Below, in pieces: positions 1 through 13,199 of a stretch of DNA of 64,000 nucleotides. Every line of letters starts with the position of its first letter. The stretch's first letter is position 1. The DNA lies in contig JAVECO010000017.1 in NCBI GenBank assembly GCA_051942205.1, positions 62,001 to 126,000 of the forward strand. The letters are read 5' to 3'. The position numbers and the translations under genes were made by a program. Source of the DNA: Coniocarpon cinnabarinum (Eukaryota). A model generated the notes under the pieces. That model worked only from the letters and a program-made list of their open reading frames with translations. It had not been told where the DNA came from and made no database searches.

Positions 1-3000
1 CTATCGCCTACTTCCGAGGACAGGTTTTGAGCTTCAAGTGTCCGGAAGGGGCAATGATGGCTGTTGATGCCTCGCCAAAGGAAGCAACCCAAGAGATTTC
101 GATGATGGCGCTATCAAGCCATATGCGTGTCGCCTGTGTCAATTCTCCATCCAGCGTGACAATCAGTGGAGACGCTTTTGCCATTAGGAAGCTGTGCGCA
201 AACATGGAGTCGAAAGGTAGGTTCGCTCGTGAGCTTAGGACTGGATCACGAGCTTATCATTCGCATCACATGCTGTCCTGCGGCGAGCGTTATGAAAGGA
301 TCTTGCATGATATAGAGCCGTCGAGAACGTTATGTTCCTACGCGCCAGAAGCAGCAATCTTAAAGCCCGTTGCAATGATTTCGACGGTCACGGCTGGCTT
401 AGTACATGCTGTACAAACATCAAAGCCTGAGTATTGGAGACAGAACCTTGAGTCACCGGTCCTCTTTAGCCAGGCTTTTGAGACATTACGCGGCAGAAAT
501 GCTCTTCAATTGATCGAAGTTGGTCCTCATCCCGCTTTGAAGAGACCTGTCACCCAGATATTGAACCAATCAGATCTTACTGGTCAAGCTCGACCGTATC
601 TTTCGGTCCTGAACCGAGATCACGACTCCGTGCAAACAGCACTGATGCTTGCGGGTACTTTGTGGACGTTTGGCCATGACGTCTCACTGGGTAGGGTCAA
701 CCAAACCAGCATTACAACTTCGAAGCGCGGCTTGCAAAACCAACGACCATGCGCTCTCACTACCTTACCGAAATACAGGTGGGACTACACTGCACCACTG
801 TGGGACGAAGGTCTAACAAGTCGTGATTTTCGGAACCGACGGCATACCCACGACCAACTTTTAGGTGCACGTATCCCCGGCGCAAATGGATATGCAAGTG
901 TGTGGTCCAATCGACTGAGCCTTGGCAACGCTCCATGGATTGAGGACCACAAGCTAGGAAATGATGTTATTTTCCCTGCAGCGGCATATATCTCCATGGC
1001 TTGTAGAGCAGCTGAACAACTCTCCACGTCCATACCGCACGCCAAATGTATGCAACTGCACCAAATAAGCTTTCAGAAGGCTTTGATCCTCAGCGACAGA
1101 GAAATTGAGCTCTTTACAGAGCTTTTGCCCAAGGAGGATAGTCCATTCAAAGACGGCGAGAAGGCATGGGAATTCACGATTGGTTCTTTAAATGGCGACA
1201 GATATGTCCAGCGTGCTCGCGGATTCGTTAGATCTACTGCAGGCGCCCTGTCTCCACATGTGTTGCCAGTAACTGCCAAAAATGTCGAGCATCAACGTGC
1301 TCAAGACTGGTATAAACGTTTCTCAAGAGTGGGTCAAGCATTTGGACCTGCATTTCAAAATTTATGCACCGTCTATTCTCCTCGCATGAGAGACGTTCAA
1401 GCTACAGTCGCAACGTTGGTTGAACCAGGGCCAGATAACCAGGATGTTCTCCTTTTGCCGAAACCTGAATATAATCCTCTCATAATTGACGCTATGTTGC
1501 AGGCTGGTATAATCGCTTCTGCAGGTGGAGACTTTGAAAAGTTGCAAGCTCTTGTTCCAACCAAGATCGGACATATTTCGATCGAGCATAATATGCGACA
1601 TGCAGCACTTTCGAAATGCGAAATCCACTCATCGGCAAAATGTCTTGGGTCTGCGGATATAGAAATAAGATCGGACTTGCTGGACTCTCGTGGATCCTCG
1701 ATGATGCATCTGGGTGATATACACGCAATGCCCATCACTGGTCTTGGTATGAGTCAGCAAAACCGTCATCCGATGCTCAGGGTCGACTTGATCCCTGACA
1801 TGAAGAAGCTGCGACGTGAAGATGGCTCGGCACTAGCTGGCTATCTAAGGAACAAAGTCGCAACATGGTCATCAGAACCACTATTTGATCGTTACGCAGC
1901 CACAATTCTAGAATTGATAGCACACAACAAGAGCGGTGTGAGGGTTTTGGACTTTTCAATGGCTAATTCTTCATGGACGAGACTAGCATTGACTGCTCTG
2001 CACGCGGACAGTCGCTTCAGACGTGCTCAAGTGTACACACAAGCACATGTTGATGCAGAAGGGCGTATCCTCGGCTCAAACCTGGAGCTTTCTGGACTAC
2101 CCCATCTGCAGAACGGCGTCCCTGAACAGGATATAGGAGAGTCACAGTTTGACGTCATATGCACTGTAGACTCGCCTAAAGCTCATACACTGCTGAAGGA
2201 AGATTTGCGTGCGATTGTTAAGTATCTAGCGCCGGGCGGTGTGCTGATCAGTCGTCCAGGTATTCAAATTCTTGAGGGGTCCACGCTCGAAGGAGTATGT
2301 CTACCCTTCGAAGACATTCGTGAAAACATTGTGCTGGCCCGTCGTCATCCAGAATGTTCGGAGGCAGATACCAAAACTCGTCTAGCAACGCCCATGTGTT
2401 TGGTAGTTACTGATGCATCGCCATCGCCTTTAGACAAGCGACTGGTCGTCGAGATCTCCAATCGCTATGGTTGCGTTGCAGAAACAGTACCCATTCATGA
2501 CTTGGATGCAAAAACTTTCTCTAAAGGTGCCATCATGATTGTGACTATCGAAATGACCGAGAATATCCTCCTCAAAATAAGTGAAAAGCAATGGAGCCAT
2601 TTGCGGCGTGCGATTTTGGCTTCTTCCAAAATCGTCTGGCTTGTGTCTGGCGACTTCACGATAGCGCAGAATCCAGGAGGCTCATTAGTGCTCGGACTTT
2701 CAAGAACTATTGCAATTGAGGAACCCACAATAGGTAAGTGAATGCCTTCCGCGCTCATCAGTTTCCTGATGCACTTTTGCTACGTTTTAAAAAGACGCAC
2801 CAAGCTTGCCAAATAGATAAGACATCTCGACGAGCTATGACAGCAAGGGCCAGGTACATGTGTCTTTGCCGAATTCCGATTAAGGCAGCGAGCCTCTACG
2901 AAAAGGACATTCCGAGTGACAAGGCTACGGGTACAATGGCATAAACCCATCGCACCTCACCAGGCGCTGGATTATAGTGCGGCAGGTTTTCTAGTCCAAC

Positions 3001-5755
3001 GCCCTTGCTGTCAAGATCGGCAGACGTGATGTTGATATCTGTTTTGGACAATCACATAGTTCAGATACTGATTTTAGTGTGATAGTATTACATATAAAAG
3101 AAGCCAACTGTGCTAACGATTTGATGTCTAGATTTCTCGACGCTTTTCGTCAACGAGGCAGAAAACGCCACGTCTATCGCTGCAAATGTCTGCAAGATTC
3201 TGGATGATATGGACGCGGAATTCAGCGATCGTGAGTATGTGCAAAAGCAAAACATGCTCTATGTCAGCCGTTTCATTCCGGATGACGGCCAAAATGAACA
3301 ATTCTTTCGTCAAAAAACAAAGTCTGCTTCCAACGTCACGTTGTCCGAATTAGATTGTGGTTCGTTGGTGTTCAATAGAAAAAGTCTCACAGAATCGTTT
3401 GAGTTCGATCGTCGACAGCTTCACGAAGCCATCACTGATGACGAGGTGGAGATTAGCGTTAAGTCGATAGGGCTCAACACGGAGATACAACCTGTCTCAG
3501 CTGAAAGCACGATCTTTGCTTCGCCGACGAGCCTTGTTGAATTTGCAGGCAATGTCGAGCGGGTTGGCTCGATGGTTTCCGGGATCGAAGTTGGAGACAA
3601 AGTGGTTGCCATTGCGCCTAAGCCACTTGATACTCGCATACGCACACCTTTTTGGACATGTTGGAAGCTTGCTGATCATGAAAAGTTTAATGATGTAACA
3701 TCGGCACCTCTGGCGTACATGACTGCTGCAACTGCCTTGACGAGCATAGCGAAGTTAAGCTCGCGAGAGTCTATCTTAATACACCCAGGAATGTCTGACG
3801 TCGGGATGGCAGCAATACAACATGGACGACGCGAGATAGGCGCAAAAGTGTACACAACGATCTGCACCAGAGCTGAAGAGGATTTCTTAACGGACCATCT
3901 CGGCTTGCCTCGTACGTCGTTCTTCAACATTTGTGACGAAGCGTTTCCCGAAAAGCTCTTTGAAGCTATCGGTGATAGTGGTGTAGACGTTGTCCTTGAC
4001 AGCTCTGCATCACCTTCAAGACAGGTCTTGCATAAACTTGTGTCAGTCTGCAGGAAGTTTGCGCGTTTTGTAAGCGTCGGAAGGCCAGAACCCCATCACT
4101 CCGACATTCTCAATGTGTATGGCTCTGGGAAAGCATTGACAACGACAGCTTTTAAACTTCAGGATTATTACCCTGAGTCATCCAGCGGCCAAAGCTCGTG
4201 GCAAAGGTAAGAAATCCATGACCCAGAGAATGAGTTGCAGCTTACGTGGATCTAGACTCTTGTCACAAAGCATTGACTCGCATCGCAAGGATACTATACT
4301 TCAAAAACGCATTTTCTCGGCGGCGAATATTGGTGAAGCGTTCAAAGACCTTGAGAACACTAGTCGGGTTAGCAAAACCACAATATCATTGGAAGATCCT
4401 GACACTCTCGTGAAGGTAAGTCACCACCCCAAATATCTCCCTTCTTACTAAAATGACTCTTTGTTTGAAAGGCCATGCATCCCAGATTCGCCACACACTT
4501 CAGCGCAAACAAAGCTTATCTACTTGTTGGGTGCCTTGGTGGCGTTGGTCGTAGTATCTCTCGATACATGTTAGCTCAAGGAGCTCGAAATTTCACATAC
4601 ATTGGACGATCAGGCGCCGACAAACCCGAAGCCAGGCAGTTAGTCCAGGATCTCTGCGCGAGCGGAGCACAAGTCGATATTATCCGGGGCAACGTATCAG
4701 AATACAAGGTGGTGGAAGAGGCACTGGGCCGCATGAGTCTTCCACTCGGTGGTATTATTCAGTCTGCAATGGGACTTGGCGTAAGTACTGGAACTATGAG
4801 AGTTACATGGTGCTGACAGTTGCGTAGGAGGCCACCTTCAGGGAGATGACTTTGAAGCAATGGCAGATCAGTCTTGCGCCCAAAGTGACCGGGACAGTCA
4901 ACTTACATCGCGCGATCCAGAACAAGGATGCGGAACTTGACTTTTTCCTCATGATTAGCTCTGTATCAGGAACTATTGTAAGTCTGCATGGCGCATATCA
5001 GTCCCTCATGGCATTCATACTAAGTACTCTAGGGTCACGCAACCGAGGGGAATTATTGCGCCGCGAATGCATTTCTCGATGCCTTCGCACGCCGCAGACG
5101 CCATCTTGGACAACCTGCCATGTCAATTGGTTTCGGGCCTGTCACTGAGATTGGTTATCTTCATGATCACCCAAACATTGAAGCCATGATGAACAGGAAA
5201 GGCGTGAGCCCCGTCACCGAGGATGATGTGCTAGTCATGTGCGACATTGCTCTCCGTGACCAATCGAATGGTTCAGGAAAGGTACAATCGTGGGACGGCC
5301 ACATTCTTTCGGGTCTCGAAAACTTCAATAAGAACACCACGAGGCGTCAAGGATTCCTCGGAAGTCACGAGGACGTCGTTAGTGATCCACGCTTTTGTGT
5401 CATGGCCCAGGCGCTGCAGAAAATAGACAATGGGACTGCGATTGATAATAAATCTACCACGCAAGCAAACATTACGGCGGCAATTGCGTCCAAGGAGGTC
5501 TCCCGGCTGGAGTCTCTCATGTACGCAGCCATTGTGGAGCGCTTCTCTCATATGACCGCCAACCCAGTGGAGAAGCTCTCATCAAATTTGAAGCTTTTGA
5601 ATGTTGGCATGGACTCGATGATGGCTGCAGAGTTCCGGACCTCAATGTTCAAGCTTTGTAAGGTGGAGGTGCCATTCTTTCGGCTTCTTGATGCAGACAT
5701 GACAATCCAGGGCTTGGTGGAGGAAGTCTGTAACGCACTTTGGGCAAGATCATAA
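1..5755 (+). CDS. Highly reducing iterative type I polyketide synthase, 5'-truncated by the window (AT, DH, inactive cMT, degenerate ER, KR, ACP)
   Basis: AT motifs (VACVNSPSSVTISGD, AYHSHHM, YWRQNLESPVLF, EVGPHPAL); DH HKLGNDVIFP; KR LVGCLGGVG and GNYCAAN; ACP GMDSMMAAE. Introns 2734-3131, 4207-4255, 4416-4471, 4781-4827 and 4978-5032 join the ORFs in frame. Confidence 0.95.
2880..3010 (+). repeat. Copy of dispersed ~150-bp repeat family inside the PKS intron
   Basis: AGGCAGCGAGCCT (GAGCCT at 2890), 42 nt, GGC, 37 nt, TGCGGCAGG; same spacing as copies at 13693, 15681, 15836 and 17332. Confidence 0.75.
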
Positions 5756-6659
5756 GAATACTTTCGCCGGTGGATCAAAGAATTCCGGTTGGTTCCTAAA
5801 CGCTTGAGATTTTGCAGCAGCGGTGATCCCGTTTGCATACTATTGAAATGACTCGAACGGCCTGCTGCCGTGTTGTTGACTTGCTTGTCCCTGTTCTCCC
5901 TCTTTTCGGCGACAACATGCCGAGGAAATCGTGTCCGCGCCATTCTTGAATCGCCAACGTTCTCCCAGATAGCCAGGTCGAGTGGTCTTGGGGTGCGCAT
6001 GCAACAAATTCCTTGAGCAATGCAGCGGTAACCAGGATGCTACTGACGTTTACTTTGACGGTTGGGATTTGGTACGGAGGCCTCGATCTTCAGGCTGAGA
6101 TATGTGCAGTCACGTGCATGCCCTCATACCACGTGACACAGCCTTATCGCCTGTCACACCAGTGAGATGGCGTAGATGGCCAGCTTCCTGACTTGCAGCG
6201 CACTGAAGCCAACTGCCACTCGATATCTTCACAGGGGCACTGTCTGCCGTGCAAGAATATCTTCCCTTCGCTCATTCACACGGCCACTTGATTCGTCACC
6301 AAATGCCAGTCCACGTAACTGACGTAAGCCAGGGCGTTGCTCGCATTCTCGCATTCCGCCCCACCCCGCGAAAGGCTGGCTGACCCATTTTCTTGGCTGC
6401 CCTTCCACGTAAGCTTTCCATCCAAACAACCTCTGAATCAGCCCATTCAACCATTCAATCGCCTGTCGCTCGCTTTCCACCCTTCATCGCCAATTGTTCG
6501 CCTACCGGCCCATCAGCTCCACCCAGGGCAGCCATCCCAGCCGATCATCCAACCCTCAGGCCGCAGCACTGAACTTGCCGCCGTTCCAATCTTTCCGCAC
6601 GCCTTGCCCGACGGGTCTGTGAGCTTGATACTCATGCGCACCTTCGCCCGTCCCCTAAA

Positions 6660-9600
6660 ATGCCTATTGGCACTCTCAGGAGCAGGAACAGCCAGAAGAA
6701 TCTCTACAGAAGCTCTCTCATCGCTGATCTGTCCAGCAATGCTCCTCCCCTCCCTGCAGGCGCCCTCGTGAATCCTTCACCTTCTCCCAAACATGTCGAC
6801 AACTTCCACCCCGCCAGCGGCACTCCCTCGCTGCGACCTTCCACTAGCCATCGATCCGCTACTTCATCTCGCCCTGACCTATCAGTGAGACCCTCCTCTC
6901 CGCTTTCGGGCAGACACAAGAATTTGGACGTTCCCCGCGCCCGTCACAGTCTCAAATCCGCGTCGGAGCCAGATATTGCCATGAAGTATAAGGCGCAAGC
7001 GCATAGAGAGCATGCATCATCCGCATCAGACACGGACAATGCCCAGTCACCCGACATACGCGTTGCGTCGCCAAGTGGAGATGAGTCTGAGGCCGAAAAG
7101 CTACCTAGAAGGCGCACTATTCGCCCTCTGAAGTCGTTTCGCTCCTCCTCGTACAACGCCATGTTCCCCAAAAGCCGCCTCTCAGATGTCGGACAGCAGG
7201 GGCCACCGCAAGACGGATCTTCGCAAGCGTCTGACTCGAGCACGGAAGATGGTGGAACAGCAGTTGTCCAGGCTGATGGTGCTGGTCCCAGCCCTCTGCG
7301 CTATTCAGAATCGTCTGCGGTTACCTCTGAACCTCGCAAGGCTCCACCGGTGCGACCGTCAAACGGCGTTGGCTTGAGAGCATCTCAGTTCTTCAAATTC
7401 ACCCGTCGCAAGAAGCAGCCCGAGCATTTATTTCCGCTGCCCGTGCGCATTTCTCCGCCCTCAGAACCGTCCACAAAACCTGTCTCTGTTGCTAGCTCTG
7501 ACTCGCCCACGAAAGCTCCCTCTACTGATGAATACATCCCGCCAGTACCTCCCCTGCCTACGTCGGCTACCGGTTCGAGCTTCAAGCCCAGTCTGGACAT
7601 TGGCAGCAATGGATCGTTTACAACACCTCGCGCATCTCCGAGTGTATTCACACCTTTCTCGCCGAACAGTCGAAGCCGGGCAAATACGACTAACTCCTCC
7701 ACCGGACATGCTGATTCTGATCGCACCACCACTCCTCATTACCAAGATTCAGGGCGCAACTCCACAGCATCCACCACACTTGGTCGCAATAGCATAGCCG
7801 GTCTTAGAAGTCTCACTTCACGTTTGAGGCATCCGTCTGAAGTTTACTCGCCTCGTCATTCTCCGGGTGGTGTTGCCGGACAGTCTGCGAACAACTCGTT
7901 CGCACTCAGTCGCGAGACCTTGGTTGTACCTGATCGTGAAGAGGGCGAATCTGCGGGCAAATACTATCTACGGCTTGAGGAGCAAATGCCAAAGCGACAT
8001 ATTGCTCTGGCACTTTGCAAGTCGTCCGATTTGTTCAACAAAGATGTCATGAGAAGTCTGCTGAGAACGTTTAAGTTCTACGAAGAGCCGATGGACATGT
8101 CAATGCGCAAATTCCTGTGGGAAGTGAACCTGCCTGGTGAAGCGCAACAGATCGATCGCGTCATTAACGCTTTTGCTGAACGCTACCACGAATGCAACCC
8201 GCACATCTTCCTGAACATTGGTGAGCCATTTCCTTACCTCCTCTAAAAACCCTTGCTAATATGCTATCAGATCAAGCTGAGTTCATCGCTTATTCTATGA
8301 TCATCCTTCATTCAGATTTGTTCAACCCAAATAACAAGACTAAAATGCAACGCCATCAGTATCAAAAGAACACAAGCGATCACACTATACCACATGAAAT
8401 TTTAGGCTACTTTTATGACAACATAGTCTATACTGAATTCATTGGTCAGAATGCTGATGAAGACGACTCCAAAACACGATCCAAGGCGGCTTCCAAAAAA
8501 GCCAGACGTGTCAAACAGAAGCTCGCGGCTCCAGAATCGACCAAAAATGGGAAAGTGGATCCGTATGTTGTCATTATTGACGACAAGTATCGGCTGGACA
8601 CTCTTCGCCCCGTTCTCAAAGACACACTCAACCTTGAAGATACTTACTCTTACATGGGAACCGCGAGTCGATTCGAAGTACTCAAGCTGCGTGCTGCGTT
8701 TGCGCGTTTTGGCACTCTGCAAATCACGTCTTCCATGTCGCGACCGGGCGCATTTGCAAATGAGGAGACGAAAAAGCAGCCCTTCCAAGCAGCGCCCGGA
8801 GTGGTGGATATTAAAGTTGCCAAAGTCGGGATTGTCTGGCGCAAGAGCACCAAACGCAAACGAACACGATCGCCGTGGCAGCCATGGGGCGCTGTGCTGA
8901 CGCCCTCTCAATTGATGTTCTTCAAGAACGCTGATTGGGTCAAGAGCCTCGTGCATCAAGCCGAGACGCATCAAAAGCAAGGCAACGGTAGTGTGGCGTG
9001 CGTGTTTAAGCCGCCGCTATCCAGCCTCACGTTCGAGGGTAAAGTCGCCACCAACGAAGCTGTTGCGCTTCTTGACGCAAGCTATCGGAGACACAAGAAT
9101 GCTTTTGTGCTGGCCCGACGCGGCTTCGCTGTTGGTGGTACTGATCTAGGTCAGCATCATTTTGAAGAGGTGCTGCTGGCTGATAATGAGTCGGAGATGA
9201 ATGACTGGATTGCAAAATTCAACTATGCATCAACCTTCATGACGAGCACTGTCAAAATGCACTCATGGCATCCAGGGTGCAAGATAGAGACCATGGTTGA
9301 GGCCCATGATCTGGGTGATGGCACAAAGCCAAGCCTAGAGGCAAAGCCGCAAGAAGATTTGCTTGATATTGATCAGCAAAGGAAGCTCACACCACCGGTG
9401 AAGGCGTCCTTGATGAGAGCTCAGATTATCAAAGAAAAGCTAGCAAGTGCCGAGGAGGAGCTCGGACCCAAGATGAGCGTTGTTGAAGACTTCGTCCGCA
9501 CTGCCAGACATTTGGAGATTCTGGCTCCGCTGAACGACCGGACACGTGGAGAGCTACTCTCCTTTGGCGCGAGACTTGCACACAATATAAGATGGTCCCG

Positions 9601-10621
9601 GTTCGACGTCGCGCGGCTGAAGTGCTATCGTGAAATGCTCGGCAAGGAGCTGCAGGAAGATGAGACTCCAACTTCGACGCGAGGAATGGGCATTCTGGAT
9701 ACAGAGGATCGCATTTTCGGTCTCGATGGCAAACAAAGACCAGCGGTCCGGCGAGGTTCTCGTTCAGAGTCTGGAGCGGCCGAACAAGCCTTGATGGATT
9801 CGAAACGTAACCCTATGCGTGCTGGCCGCCAGGAAGGAGATGATCGCCGATCAGCTTCCTATCGGAGCTCCGACATCTTCGAGAGCATCGACGAAGCCTT
9901 TGCAACGCCTCCCGAGACTCTGGCGACAGCAGAAGGCACGAGCGTCAGCAACTTCAAGCTGCTCAATCTGAATACTCATACCGGCGGCTTGATCTCTGAG
10001 TCGCCTGAAGCTCAATCAGCCAACAGTCCGCGACCGTCGTCAATTTCGAGCGTCTCGTCGCATCCGCATCCTCCACCAGGCTCAGCCACGCCGACACAAA
10101 GCGTGCATGAGCCTGAAGATGAGCATCGGCCGAGCACTGCATCAGACGTGGATCCTGATGCTTTGAAGAGTGAATTGGCGAGCAGTCCCAGCAGCAGCCA
10201 TAGGTCCAAGGCTGCACGGCGGAGCCTTCAGCGCACGCTGCGCGAGCCACGCGACGCTCTGTCACAGTCATCATCTCGCTCGAACCGTGTCAAGAAGCAG
10301 AGGGATCGGGATAGCAAGGGCGACGAAGTCTTGGACGACGGCGCCTCTGCGCATGGCGAGGGCATCACAAGACGCAGAGGCAGCTTCACGGTGCATGGCA
10401 AGAAAGCTTCTGTCATCACGATTCCTGAGTGGGATCAGAATTCGAAATCGACTGAAGAACGACTGCGTCTTCGCAAGCAACTTGCCAGTGATAGTTCGAA
10501 GCGGCGATCCGCTGATTTGGATGGCATGACGACGGAAGACGAAGATGGCTCGTACGCTGGAGACCGGCGCGGCTCGGTCGCTGTCTCGAGCTCGGTCGCG
10601 GAAGAGTCCGGCGTCGAATGA
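6660..10621 (+). CDS. SYT1: Sec7-domain plus PH-domain Arf guanine-nucleotide exchange factor (Syt1-like)
   Basis: Sec7 catalytic motif LPGEAQQIDRVI and FIAYSMIILHSDLFNPNNK; PH domain (KVGIVWRK...PWQPWGAVLT...EMNDWIAKFN); intron 8221-8270; long S/P-rich N-terminus. Confidence 0.9.
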
Positions 10622-11222
10622 AGCAATGAGAGCGAGCTCAATGGTACAGCGCCGTGCGGTTGCTGACTAGAAAAGCGATTGACCACTGAGGGATCTGGGA
10701 AAAGTCGCGGGTTTGGAGTCGCGTTGCACGGGCGTTCAACCGAAAGGGAAAATCGCATTGCGTAAGAGATACCCCATGCTGACGTTGCTAGAGTCGTGGT
10801 GCCCTGCGGAAGCGGTGTTGTACGTTAAGGGCGCGCGGACTTCTGGCAGCGGATGAGCTTATGCGTGTACGAATATCGATGATGATGCTGAATACATTTT
10901 GCCTTTTTCTATCTCTCGCTAAGTCCGATGCCAACCAGTCCTTGAATATCCACCATACTCGTTGTAATTTCATTTGCGAGTGTTCCGAGATTGTCAAACG
11001 AATGCACTGTGTTCAAGCTTTGGGGAAATGCTTATCCAATAGGTTGCAAGCTAAGCTGCAGCTATACTAATGGAGTTCACTTGGAGCAGTCGGACTCGAA
11101 TGGACCGCGTGTCGAGCGCCACTTGTTGTCAGTGTGAGTCAAATACTTGAGCGACTCTCTTCTGCCTGGCGTTGTGACGCACGTCCAGTTGATTGTTGCG
11201 ACTTCATCAAGAGAAAAGTACA

Positions 11223-12735
11223 ATGGCATCATTTGAAGTTACCGACTTGAACAAGGTCAAGCGGAAGGGCCAACGAGGTAGGTTCCACTTTCTTCCAAGC
11301 ACAGCTCTCTCTATTGGAAATCACTTTTCTTGAATCCTTACCTCGCTGTCGTCCTTGACTCCTTCGTTCCATTCTCGTTTGGCCCTCGTCTACTCATCAT
11401 CCCTCTGAATATCATCCTCCTCCTCCTTCCCATATACTCTCGCCCCCGCTCTCCCCTTGATGCCTGCTCACCTCCTCTACCATCACTAAATCCCAGCACC
11501 AAACTCAAAAACTACCCTGTGCTCCACACTTCTCATCAAACAATGTACTAATGAACTAGGAAACTACGATCACGCCACCGTCCACGACCTAATCGACAAG
11601 ACACCCGTTCTACACGTCGCTTTCAATCCCGCTCCCGTCTCCTCATCTCCAGATGAACCACCGCAATTCCCCGTCATCTTGCCCATGCTAGGCTGCACAG
11701 GATCGTATTCTCCAAACGCTGATCCAGATGCGGAACTGCCTCTCGATGACGCCCGGAACGTATATTTGCATGGCTATGTCAGTGCGAGGTTGATGCGGTT
11801 GCCCGAGACTGCGAACGTGAATGGCAGTGGGAGCGGGCACGGGGGAGATGATGGCAGTGAGGGGAGTGGAGGGGTGCCAGTGACGGTCTCAGCGACGCTT
11901 CTTGATGGCATCATTTTGGCGGCTACGCCATTTAATCATTCGTGCAATTATCGCAGCGCGGTGGTGTTTGGGCATGCGGTCGTCGTGACGGATGAAGCTG
12001 AGAAGGTACGTCACTCATTGCCATTTTCACACTCCTAGCCCCCTCTGTCTCACGTCTCTGCAATCAATCATCTATCCTCAGCTACACCACCCCCGATGGC
12101 CCCACATTCTCCACTCTTCATCTCCCACCTCATCGTACTCTAATGCTAAACTCACAAAAAAGAACTACGCCGTCCACAGGATAACCAACAACCTCGTACC
12201 CCACCGCTGGCAGAATGCCCGTCTTCCCGACAAAAGCGAACTCGCTACAACCGGCGTCCTGCGCGTCGACATTCACAGTGCGAGTGCCAAGATCCACGTC
12301 GGAGGCCCGAGCATCGATCGCAAGGACTTGAAAGATAAGTCAGTCATGGACAGTGTCTGGACGGGTGTTGTACCGACATGGATTCATTATGGGGATTTGA
12401 TGGAGGGTACGTTTTCCTCTTTGCTTCTTCGCTTTCTCCCTTTGTGCTCTCGCTTTCAAGGAAATTAGAGCAGCGTATGAGAATGTGAGAACGAGATGGG
12501 AATCATGGGATGGCAATGCAGAAGGTATTCGAAGGATGAGGAGACGCTGATGGATTCAGGAAACGACAATCAAGTCGAAACACCCTCCTACCTCACCAAA
12601 TGGATCGACGACAAACGCAGCCAAGGTGAAAAGGAAGCAATGCAAAGTTTGAGAGATGAGAAAGGGAAGTTGGGAGTCAAACTTCCGGCCGAGCGGAAGA
12701 GGGGATGGTTTGGTGGTCTTTTTGGCGGGTCGTGA
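11223..12735 (+). CDS. Flavin-nucleotide-binding protein (pyridoxamine 5'-phosphate oxidase-like / NimA-like split barrel)
   Basis: Spliced product MASFEVTDLNKVKRKGQRGNYD...VLHVAF...VYLHGYVSARLM...HSCNYRSAVVFG...SASAKIHVGGP...VWTGVVP; introns 11278-11559, 12006-12162, 12407-12559. Confidence 0.88.
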
Positions 12736-13199
12736 GGACTCTTGGGCGGGGACAGAGTAGGAGGAGGACGAGGAGGAGGGAGAGAGGGAGGTGATACATG
12801 GTGGTCTGAAAAGTGGCGTTGTGGAGATGCAAGTGTCATGGAGGCAAGTGGGGTGGGCATTGGGATGGGTATTGGGATGGAGTTGTTGATTTCGGGTGAC
12901 GCCGGTAGCGAACGCCAGAGCGTAGAGAAAGGAATGTAGAGTGTACTGATTTCCAGAGGCGGCTAATGAATAAGAGCGATGTTCGCGCGGACACAGACTG
13001 ATGCATCACGGCCCTTCAATAAACAAATCATATAAGAGCTCTGTCGAATGTGTACTACAGACTGCGATGAAACCATGGTTGCGCAGGACCGTATCACAGG
13101 TATAGCCCAGAGCAAATGTGTGCATGCATGAAAGGTGCTGCAGCAGCACTAGTCGCATCTATGCTTGTTTTCAGCACTTGCCCTGATCTTTCGAGTATA

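Noticed and set aside
2845..2860. Recursive splice site (CAG|GTACAT) inside the long PKS intron
   Set aside because: No convincing branch point upstream; likely chance.
12760..12885. G-rich run with G-quadruplex potential
   Set aside because: Part of the general purine-rich 3' ends seen in several genes here; no specific evidence of function.
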